From Antedon mediterranea (lineage: Eukaryota; Animalia; Echinodermata), in assembly GCF_964355755.1 (NCBI RefSeq), contig NC_092680.1:5642001-5706000 (forward strand): 64,000 bases of DNA, given 5' to 3'. This document shows, piece after piece, positions 22,899-64,000 of the stretch (positions are counted from its first letter, which is position 1; every line of letters begins with the position of its first letter). The notes below the pieces were generated by a model. It ran no database searches, was not told where the DNA came from, and saw nothing but the letters and a program-made list of their open reading frames with translations. The position numbers and the translations under genes were made by a program.

Positions 22899-24244
22899 TT
22901 TTCATCAAAACGTTCTGTGTTTTTGTATTATCATTCACTCTTTCCCACCTTTTAAAACATCCCCTAAGTTCAATGAATTATGCATCATTTGGTGCAACTC
23001 TAAAGTTAAAAGTTTAGATTTCTTTTGAATAATGTATCTTAAACATTTGGACATGGAGAAATTAATGGTTTATTAACATGAATACAATAAAAACAATGTA
23101 GGCCTACCCTTTTCTTCCATGTCTGGTCTAGTCTAACGTCGTCTTGCAGTATATTTCTAATTGTCTAAAGCGATGATAATGTTCCTGCAATATTGCAAAC
23201 TCATTGTACTTTTAGGAAACGAATTAAAAATATAACGACCAAAAATTCCTCAAAGAACTTCCGAACATTGAACTCAAAACGGCAATGTATCTATCAAAAA
23301 ACAAGAGCAATTGCACAAAATAGAAACAAGTGGAGAGATCTTGTAAGGTGTATTCCTATGTCAGCCCATATGTAAAATGACGTATAGCACTTTCAAATTT
23401 CCGCATTCCATTGTTACGTAATAGTAGTAGAATTTCGTTGTGACGTGATCAGTTTAATTGGGCAGCTCGCAGTTCAACTCTTTCGCAAGTTTAACTGATA
23501 ACATTTAAGTGTAGGCCTATGTGTATGCATATCTTTTTTATTTTAAGGCAATATCTAAATTATTTATGAAGTTTTTATTCAGATTATATAAAAAAAGGTA
23601 CCGGTACTTTTAAACAATATTTTAATGTATAGATGGTAGTATACTAGATGTAGGCCAGAATAGCCTATAAACTATGATGTAACTATAAGCAAAACTTTTC
23701 TTTATTAAATAATTATATAACTGCAGGTTGTTGGAATTCAGATCTGTCTTAGTAGAGGAAAGCAAGTAATGTATCATTAAAATAATGTGTAATTATAATT
23801 GCAGCAATACTTTTTAAAATTTTAATTTATTTGATTTATAAACATTTATAATATCAATAATATGTACAGGTATATTATATAGACACGGTATAAAAGGAAC
23901 ATGTATTTAAATTGTCACTGTAATGAAGTATAGTTTTATTAATTTCAAAAAGGAAGAGTTTTTATATAATATTTATATATACATCAGACATAGCCTATAC
24001 CTTCCATTGGAGAAAATGCTTTGGACGGTTGTTTTACTCATAACAAACCCAACTAGGCACATTATACATTTCTATTTATATGATCTGGTTTTCATTCAGT
24101 ACTCTATATTTTATTCTGTATCCATTATTATAACCACGAAAGGAATTGTTTTTCTATAAATTATATTGCAAATATGTTTTACTCTGCTTTGTTATTCAGG
24201 TCTTGGAAATAAAACGACTCTTTGAATCTAAAGTACTACTGTCA

Positions 24245-24396
24245 AGCCGATTTTCCACTAGGTGAATTTGTTGGCGCGTAAGCGTTAGCTTATACGCATA
24301 TTCATGTTTCCATCTTTCAAATCCATCTTTACGCATGCGCATATAAGCTGACGCGTTTGATTCTCGCTAACAAATTCGTCTAGTGGAAAATCGGCG
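24245..24396. mobile_element. Small MITE
   Basis: gccgattttccactagg-gaatttgtt-gcg / cgctaacaaattcgtctagtggaaaatcggc. Confidence 0.75.
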
Positions 24397-26598
24397 TCAG
24401 GGCTCATTTTGTGGATATGACATTCGAAATAAAAGAAGTTTAATCTATCGAACATTTTACTTGTCACGTTATTTTAAAAACTAAGCGTGTTGCCTATACA
24501 AATCACGGCCGGAGAGATGAACTTTATTTCAGGATTGTGACTGAGCAGTTTAGAACATCTCTAAGTTTTTCTGTTAAATTTTTTGTTGAAAAATGGAAAA
24601 CAAAAGGAAACCAATAAGTTGTAGATTTTTCCAAAATTTATTATGGAGTAATATAAAGATAGAAGTAGATATCCATTGATATCAGTTTTGTAGTGAATAT
24701 AGCAACACAATCAGAAACACCTCATAGCTGTCTATATATAAGATTACAGTTAACACAAACAATTACACAAATGAAAACCGGAGAACAAAGTTAGTGAAGA
24801 TAAGAATGCCTACATGTAATTGTAATATCAACATCAAACACATACTGTATGTATATTAAGCAAAATATCATTCCCTCTGGGATGTCAAATCTTATATTTC
24901 ACCTCTAAGCAGGCAATATGTGTATAATAATACACACTTTAGATTTAGTGTGGAATATGATATATTAACTAAACTAAAAAAGAGAGAAAATAAATATTGT
25001 TTAGTATAATAGTGGCCTCTAATCCAGAGTTATTGGTTCGAATCCTGCTGTGCCCATGTAAGCATGCCCATGTAAGCGTTCAGATGGCTGAACCTGGTAA
25101 TAAGACTCGCTGTATCAGGCATGCGTTATTTCTTGACAGGTATAAAACTGTTGCATGTCGAAATACATTCCAATTAATTTGTCTAAACTAAAACTTCATC
25201 AGTGGACCATCATCATTATATTATGCAATGCAATGTACACACAATGCTGATGACACAATAAATGCTACAATATACATTTTTTGGGTTAAAAATAAATAAT
25301 TTAGTATATTGCCTACTAAACTTGGACAATGGCAGTAAAGTTTAAAAAAAAATTGTATCTGGTTTTGTTTGTGAGCTTTTCTTATTTTTCTGCATTAGCT
25401 TTTAACAGAAATTATTTGTGCGAACTGCCAAATTGTAAAAATCTACTCAAATTATGAAAAATAACTTGTTATTAGGCTGGTCTAGTTTAACTTGCTCGGA
25501 TAAGTAAGTAAAATCTGTACAAAATCATCCATGAATTATTATATATTCATATTTACTATACTTTAAAAAAATTTATATACAGTTTATATATTATAGATTC
25601 TTACACAAAACTAGTTTGAAATTGATTAAAGTAATTTAAATTACTTGAAGTTTAGTTAAGTAACTTCATTTGTTTAAGATGAGGAGCCAAAATATACATA
25701 CACAACTTACAATTATTAGTAATTAACACACAATATTAAATAATCCTTCACAGCAAAGTTGCCCATTGGCTATTAGCAGTTAATTGACCAGTGACTTCCC
25801 ATCTTTAATAACATAATTGCTTATAGTATAATATAGTACTTTGAGTAAAGTAGTTCACACTAGCTTCATATGCAGTGGATTACTTGCGAACAACTTTAAT
25901 CTCCCCCTTTGTGTCAAATGTTCTCATAGGTCTGTCAAAAATGATAAGTGGACCAGTACACCCACTTTCGTTGATCCATAGGGTTATAGAAATATGCCGA
26001 TCTTATAGCTATGTTTCTAGCGTCTCTACCTTGACTCAGTGGGATAACGCAGATGACTGCGGCCCCTGGTTTAGAAACCCTAAGTGGCCTCTGTTGTTTT
26101 TAGCATTTTCGACATATTTTAATGCCTGTTTTATCCTCTTGGCATGCACTGCTCAGGGCCGCCAAACCTCCACGGGTTTAGCCAGTAATTTTACGCCACT
26201 GCCTTGACTACAATTACTATATTATTTTATTTATTTCCAGTGTGTTATACTTTTGTCTATTCTATGTTACTGTATTTTGAATGTTTACTATAATTCATAA
26301 TATTTAATAGGTTTAAAAAAATCTGTAAAAAAAATCATTTATTGAAGATAATTTGGTTTAAAAATTAATCTACTTCATGATCTATAATGACATTATTAAA
26401 ACTTTATACTTTTGTCGACCATCTTTTATAACAATTTTAAACAAATCAGCTTGATTAGCTTTCCCCAAGCAAGACTATTCAGTAGAAGAAGATTTAAATA
26501 ATGCATATTATTTTGGCTTTAAAAACATTTACAAAAGAATTATGATACAGTTATCGGTCTTTTTACAATAGATTTCATTTCATTGGACTATTTTGTAA

Positions 26599-51034
<24,436 letters not shown>

Positions 51035-51487
51035 CGTAGATATTTTACAAATTACGTATTATTTCTGGTGGAGTACTTTTCCATTCTACTCATAAAATTT
51101 TCCATTCTGTTAATAATAATCAATTTTAGCCTACTAACACGGTTTATATTCTGGGTAGTCTACTTATTAATAAAATGATAGAGCACCATGGGTAACCGGT
51201 CAACGAGCTTTGTGGGTCATCAGGCCAGCATTTATAAAGCTTAAATTTGGAATGGTCAATATTGATACATGATACTTGAAATAAAATTATATTTTCTTAT
51301 ATTAGGCGGCAGGCTAATTAAATATTTCACTTAAATCAACAAATTTAAGAATCTTTATGCCAATATTTTAAAATATATATATCACTTTAATGTTATTTTT
51401 AATATCATGGGGAATCAACCGGGAATCAACCGGGAATCAAGTTTAGAGGTAGCCTAACGGTCATAAAAAAAAGTATTTACCATATCT

Positions 51488-51620
51488 TTAGTCACGTGTG
51501 CAAACGCGACTCGACTCTACAGCTCACTATGTCGGTGGGTCGGTTGGTTGGTTGGTCGGTCGGTAAAACTAACTCAAATTTGAGCACGCGAGTGCAGCTA
51601 TGTATAATTATGGCCTTGTT
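51488..51620 (+). mobile_element. HINE/DINE-1-like repeat, second copy
   Basis: tttagtcacgtg...ctatgtcggtgggtcggttggttggttggtcggtcggtaaa...ctcaaatttgagcacgcg...tatggccttgtt. Confidence 0.55.
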
Positions 51621-52410
51621 ATTTTTCGCACTTTGGCTACACTCTACCATGGTTGGGTCTTCATAAATTGCACTCATAAGCACTTTGGCCATAAACAAGT
51701 GGACCTTTTAAAATCAGTAAAGTACTTAGGCCCAAGTCTAGTAAATTAATTGGGGATTAGAAGACGGTCTCTCTACACATTGATTGTCGATTAAGGCATA
51801 GTACGTCCAGTAGTGCTAATTCATTTGTATTTATGAAATGAAAAATAGTAGGCCCCTACAAAGAATAATAAATTTTTATTAAAGACGGACTATATTTTCC
51901 CAGAAGCGATCATACAAATATTGAAAGTTTGATTTTATTCATTGTTATATTTCATATTTTTGGGGGACAATATACATCTTTCTTAATTAAGTATTACCAG
52001 TTAAGTAGGTCAAGGAAGACTATATGAAGTTCTACGTTAGATTGCTTGTGGTTTTATAAATTGAAATATCACAAATTTCAAAACTGTTGAGGTATTGAGG
52101 GCGCTAACAGAACACAATATTATTGTCAGTATGCAAAAATTTGTATTACTGAATATTGCTTGCTTTGTATGTAAGTTTGCTTAAACGTGATAGAACCTCT
52201 CTTTTGAAACAAAAGGGGACCGGGAAACAATATACCAACCCCTATTCAAGGGACACTCCCTAAGTTGGGTCTTGAATGTGTCACTGTGTTCTACTTTTCC
52301 TGTACTGTATAGTATTATAAATATCCATTGAGGTCCCAAACATTCAACAATGTAGTTTAGTGTTTGTTTTTCTGCTGCAGCAAATTTAAGTATTCTCAAA
52401 TTATATACTT

Positions 52411-52551
52411 AAGCTCTGTCTACACCATTAAACTAGTTTCACCAAAATGTTTGATGTGCCCAAACATGGTAATGATATGACATCATCATGTCCATATATG
52501 GGCACATCACATGTTTTTGTCACATAAAGTTTGATAGTGTAGACAAGGCTT
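52411..52551. mobile_element. About 150-bp MITE family copy
   Basis: aagctctgtctacacca...gtttgatagtgtagacaaggctt. Confidence 0.85.
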
Positions 52552-53578
52552 TAGTATAGTACAATGATGTCAAAGTGGGGCAAACACCTGACCAATTTAG
52601 CTCCCTGCGACACAAGCTACTTTGGAATAGATATTAATTATCATCCTATAAATTTGATTACAAACAATAAATGAAATAAAATAAAAATAACACAAGAAAA
52701 TGCCTTCTTATCTGGATTCATGTTTTAATGTCTTCTGAAAACCGATAACTTACAACTATACACAGTGAATGTGAAAAACATACATAACACTTGACAACGC
52801 ATACCCGCCTAGGCAGCAGCTTCATATGAGCAGGTATTCAATAGGTAAATAACAGCTTCTTTGAACACGAAAAATATAACTAAGTAAACCCAAAGAAAAA
52901 AAGCCCATTCCATCTAAACTACAAGGAACAAAATAGAAATTGTACAAGAGAGATAGCAACTAATTATTAATCAAACGATTAATAAACCACACTAGCAACA
53001 GTAGGCTTGAATGGGAAGCACAATAAATGTTAATAAATAAACTCTGTCCAACTTCAATTCCCCACCTTTATGTAATTTCAAATTAACAATGTTATGTTAC
53101 TAAATACAGTACAGTATACAAATAGCGGAAGATTTACAAATGAACTTCTTTTAAATATGGAATCGGGCAAGTTGTGGGAAAACAGAAAACAGTAATTTGT
53201 TATCATATTCATGTTACACTTCTTATTAACTGTTCAACTAAGGGGTGTAAATTTTACATCCAAAAGCAGAATTACAGAAAACATTATTTCTTTATATTTT
53301 CTGATAAAGCATCTATGGTAATCCTTAATACCAATGTCATATGATCTATATTTTGTTTTTAGCTCATATAAAAAGATATATCTCATTTCAAACTACAATA
53401 CAAAGAGACCATTTGTTCAACAGATTAGTTAGTGCTAATAGTATTACTACACCAAAGTAAATTACACACTGGACTGCTCACAAACTCCGTTAACTTTTTC
53501 ACAGTATACATCTTTTACACTGAAATGATACCACCAAGCAGTCAGTCAATAAGACTATGACTTCTAATGGTTCGGATA

Positions 53579-53717
53579 AAGCTCTGTCTACACTATCAAA
53601 CTTTATGACAAAAAATGTGATGTGCCCATATATGTACACGATGATGGCATATCACTGCCATATTTGGGTACATCACACATTTTTTGTCAGACTAGTTTGA
53701 TAGTGTAGACAGACTTA
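53579..53717. mobile_element. About 150-bp MITE family copy
   Basis: aagctctgtctacactatcaaact...agtttgatagtgtagacagactt. Confidence 0.85.
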
Positions 53718-56115
53718 TGATTTAAGAATACTGGTGAGTTTTCCACACAATTTGACAGCTGTTGGTATCAATTCTATACCCTTGTTTTGTTTCACTAAAC
53801 ATAGCAAATAAAGAAGCTGTCTACTGTTATCCTTTAGTCCTATTAATCTAATAATACAGTGTACCATACATCAGAATTTCTATTTCTCATCTTTGTATTT
53901 TGATAGGAGATAATTTATATGAACATGCGATGCAATTGTGAAAGGTTTATGTACGTACAAACAAATTCTGTTGTTAATTATCAAATATATTCATCCTTAT
54001 TATCTAGCCCTCATCTGTGCTTTATTATCATAATTATTAGTTAATTTTGAAATATGGACATTGATATGCAATTTTATTTAAGCTTGTGAAATTTTAATCA
54101 TTTGATTCATGTTGGGCTATAAAAATAGTGTTTTAATGTGCAAAAGTAATATAAGTGAATATTAACTTATACCTATACAAGCCTGGACAATTGAAAAACT
54201 ATTTTTTCCCTTTCATAATATTATGCTTTTATCATAAATTTACAATAACAAATTTGTTAATATAATTTGTTACTTCTTATTACCGGAAAACAATATTGAA
54301 CTGTCTTGAGTTTTTGTAAATGTTTAGTTTTGTATTTGAAATTCTTACAAATCGTGTCAAAATTATTCTATTGCAGTTGCTACATTTTACTGTAATAACT
54401 TATGATTTTAGATTGTTTCAATGTAGTTATAACTCAATGGTTTACGAGTCAGTCACTGCAAAAAAACAGTGTGCATAATTAACCAAAGCAGCTTGATTAA
54501 GAATTAAATAAAAACAGGTAAACAAAATGCAGTTACTGCAGTAGAATAAGAATTACAACATTTCGGTAACATGATCTGTATGAATTATTCTATAGCTCCA
54601 GAGTTCATGTATGATAATATTTCCCATCTATGACAATCCTATTGTTTTTGTATTCAATTGTATCATTCAATTCCAACATTTGTCCAAACAGAGGAAGTAA
54701 CTTTCTTTTAAGGAAAAGGCGGAGTGGTAGAATATTAAAAATTTAAACAAAAGGTTAAAGGTTAATAATGGCATGTACACTGTCATGTAATTGACAATAT
54801 ACACAAAAAACTGTTTTCTTTCTAATTTTACCTTTAATATTAATCTACTACAGGTAATCACAAAGAAGGGATTTTTTTTTTATCAAATATTTTGACAATG
54901 CAACAACTGATTCATAATTTAACTTTTCTATTATTACAATTTCTTTTTTTTAATAATTATGAATCACTTCATTGATCATTTTCTTTTATTAATACAGAAA
55001 TTCTGGATGGATTTATAGACTACATTAATAATCACTAATTTACTGCAGTAATCCCATCTTTAATGGCAATTATGTTTTACAGCAAAAATTAACCTAGGCA
55101 TTCCAATTTCAATTCTTAAAACCCCAACACCATTTTCCTACAAAATTTCTTAAATTACAATGATAACCACATTTTGTAGTAATACTCCCCTCTAACACTC
55201 AATCCATGTGTTAGTCTTTTTGTACCAGACTCACTTGATTTTGCCATATTTTATAACTGATAAAAACATTTTGATATTTTTCAATCCCAACTTGATCACT
55301 TAATCCTCTAAGCTGTTGAAAATACAAACATCCTGAAAACTATAATTAGCTACGATGGACAGGCTGCGACAGTACACATGATGTGTAATGGAACACATTA
55401 CTACATCCAACAGTCATTCATATTTCATCTTTGCTACAAAACAAAGCCCCACCTACCAATATTTCTTGGTAAATGACATAATGAAAGGTTGATTGATGTC
55501 TAACTTGCATTAAGTAATACATCCAACAATATAAAAGAACCTTCACATCAGCTAGGCTGCATCATTTAAAATAAAATACAACATTTAGACCCAGAGCAGC
55601 GACGACGAGGAGCTCATCTGATCAGTTAGTATCACCTCAATCATCCCCGCTGCTGCAATACTTCATTTATAACTGCTAGAATAATGAGTGTAGGTGTGAA
55701 AATAAGATTTTCCCTGAGCAGTGTTTTTTTTTCTCAATAGCAGCTTAATATACGATATCTTCTTTTGACAGCTATATTGCTACAAATGTACAATATGTTC
55801 TGCTAGGTTACAGCAAAACTATAACACAGCTGATGCTAGCCACTTTGTTTAGTAGTTTGATATTTTATACTGCTGTCGAAATACATTTTATCCTCATTTT
55901 AGATAGAGTTCATACATTGTACTTCTTTTAGGCTAAAAAAAGCCGGCTAAGGGGCTTCTTAAACAGGGCACAACAGATAACACATCTTTGCTACGTTTGC
56001 TTTGCTGTTCATATAATCAGCATACTAAATGCAGTATTCATTGATTATGTTCACAATGCAGAATATTTCAATCGATTTAACAATGTGATGATGATGATAT
56101 GGCACAATGGTTTGT

Positions 56116-61835
<5,720 letters not shown>

Positions 61836-63601
61836 CTGTGGAGAATGAATTTGCACAGATGAAATGTGTATAATCACATTTAATATATTATTTGGTACTG
61901 GTACATTACAAAAAAAGATGTTGAACATTTAAAGTACTGTATCATTCTCATATAACCTCTCAGAGTCATTTTTGTTTTAAAATCAACTTTTCGAAATACC
62001 ATTTCATATCTGGCACAATTTTCTACGTTTTTCTATTTCGATACATTTTTGTTAACTGATTTAAAGTAAAAACATGGCTGGCAGTGAGTGCGTAAAAGTA
62101 ATATGAAGAATCAAATACGACAACAATGTTTATTAAGTATACAATTATATAAATTGTACAACTTAAAGGTTTCATTAGTGAAATTTGACAATAAAACATC
62201 GTTTGAACAGCATGTCATTATAATTTTCATACAAATTTGTCATAAAGTAAATGTCAAACACATAGAATATTCTAAAGAATATATAATTATTTATATCTTC
62301 TATATGTTCCATTTATAATTTATAGTAATTTCATACTACACTGTACCCAGACTTAGAATCCAGGTCAGTTATAGAAAGGTCGAGTAGACCAGTTTAGTGT
62401 TTTGTATACCCAAAGTAGTAACTCTTCCTTGGCATTTTACGAAATGCTATATTGGAGAATGTAATAATATTGTTGGAAATATACTACTATACAGACACGT
62501 CGTATACCTGACATTAGCATATGGAATAGCTTCAGAATTTAACATAATGTTTCCCATGATTAAAGTGACAGTCATGCCAAGTGTATCAAGTGTTTTTAAA
62601 TATTATACAGTAATTTATTGTTATCTTTGATAATTTAATATTTCTTTTCGGCCGATCAAAACAGAAGCATTTTTATTTTAAGTATTATGATATAATTTAC
62701 ATGATGTACACTATATGATGGTTCCTACGATTAAACCATGTCGGTTTCCTATAATAATTGATTATTCAGTACTTTCACATTACAGTATATTAGGCTAGTA
62801 TAGTAACTACTGTAGTATTAACCAATCAACAAAAACATTTCAAGAATGCCAATTACAAATTATAGGGTTAAAATTAATAACAATCATTTTCAATTTAGTA
62901 ACTGTCCCTTTAAGATCTCTTGCATTAAATTACATTTGCAAGAAACTCTACTTACTTTGTTCACCTGTTCAAAAATGTTAATCTTAATTATCTCAATCAG
63001 GTTTATCAAAATCTTACAAATTAACATTTCAAAACCCATAATACTACAGTATACAAAATATAATAATTAATATTAATCAAATTTGATTTTTACCATTTTT
63101 TAAAGATAAAATTTCATAAATAGAATATAAATCTCGAACCAGGTGTGTTAAATAAAATTGTTATTATTACTGTAATTAAATTGATTTCTTAAAACATCCT
63201 TTTTAACTCAATAAAATGTAAAAATAACAATATTATAAATATGAAAGTCATCTCATTTGTATACAGTATTGAAGGTACTGTAGCTTTAAATGCATACTGC
63301 AATATAATGTTAATTCTACTGGGACTGTATTAGAAAAGAAAGACAAAGAACATCAGAAAACCTAAATACTGTAGCTTTGTTCTACTGTAATGTTAACCAA
63401 TATATTTCCATGATTCTATAATAGCAGGATCAGTTAACAATTTATTTATTTGATCGATATACAGTACTAGTATTTTTAGTAATCATACAATAATAAGATA
63501 CTGTAAGTTAATTTGATTGAAGTTTTAAATACAGTTTATATAATTGGGTATTATTGGTTTGTGGGCTTCTATTCTGAGAACCAAAATGCAGTGAATCACC
63601 T

Positions 63602-63851
63602 AAGGCCGGTTAACACTGAACAATGACATGCAAAGCGACATGCGTCAAATCGAAGCGGGTTGCATAAAGCTTGAAAAAGTTGCAACTCTAGCGAATTAAA
63701 AAGCGGAGCCTTTGCTAGTTCCGATTTTACCGCGTTGAAGTTGAGAATCAAACGATGCCTACAAGTTTGATTTAATGTTCACACTGAAATCGTCTGTCGC
63801 GACAAAATTACAGTTCGAATTGCTGCTCTGCGTTCAGTGTGCACCGGCCTT
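63602..63851. mobile_element. MITE (PIF/Harbinger-like)
   Basis: taaggccggttaacactgaac / gttcagtgtgcaccggcctta. Confidence 0.75.
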
Positions 63852-64000
63852 AAATATAAGAGTTTGTGCACAATTTTTATATTTGAAATAATATTTAAAG
63901 AGTACAATTTTCCCAATCTGTTAATATTATATCCAAAGATATGGAAATTACATTTAAATGTCATTGCTAATTGCTATTTATTTATATTTAAAGACTTAAA

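Noticed and set aside
23193-23375. 60-aa ORF with AQNRNKWRDLV
   Set aside because: Looks like a decayed RTE LINE tail, also degraded at about 7070-7130. Not a gene.
1-23630. Possibility that the two TIR genes are uncollapsed haplotypes (assembly artefact)
   Set aside because: Divergence in the N-terminal exons and introns is large, each copy has private TE insertions, and a unique junction separates them. Read depth would settle it.
25875-26207. 110-aa ORF downstream of NEDD4
   Set aside because: GTG start, no recognisable motif, and it lies antisense in the probable NEDD4 3' UTR.
51409-51440. 3x gggaatcaac upstream of NEDD4 as NF-kB sites
   Set aside because: Poor fit to GGGRNWYYCC. More simply an 11-bp slippage repeat.

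Overview
AT-rich, intron-containing animal genomic DNA, apparently from an invertebrate; the taxon cannot be fixed from the sequence alone. Most of the supplied ORFs are exon fragments or noise. I assembled four genes by hand from GT-AG splice sites with consistent reading-frame phases. (1,2) Two tandem + strand paralogs (201-6684, 5'-truncated by the window; 10230-22898, 17 coding exons, about 1252 aa) encode an unusual innate-immune-type protein. Its architecture is helical HEAT/ARM-like N-terminus, Val-rich coiled coil, Death domain, TIR, TIR, variable-length EDPKP repeat, C-terminal CCVL prenylation box. Both TIRs keep the glutamate that aligns by eye with the catalytic Glu of enzymatic TIRs. 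The N-terminal helical exons have diverged strongly between paralogs, while the coiled-coil/Death/TIR exons are almost identical. (3) A convergent NEDD4-family C2-WW(3)-HECT E3 ligase (51034-26599, - strand, 24 exons, about 745 aa). (4) GATAD2/p66 (- strand, 5' end not located). An orphan copy of one NEDD4 exon sits just downstream of paralog 1 and records the duplication/deletion history of the array. Introns are dense with MITEs, Helitron- and Kolobok-like non-autonomous elements, a 1.3-kb foldback element, tRNA-derived SINEs and LINE remnants. A 362-bp tandem unit carrying a tRNA-like cloverleaf lies between the two paralogs. Domain names are pattern recognition, not HMM results.
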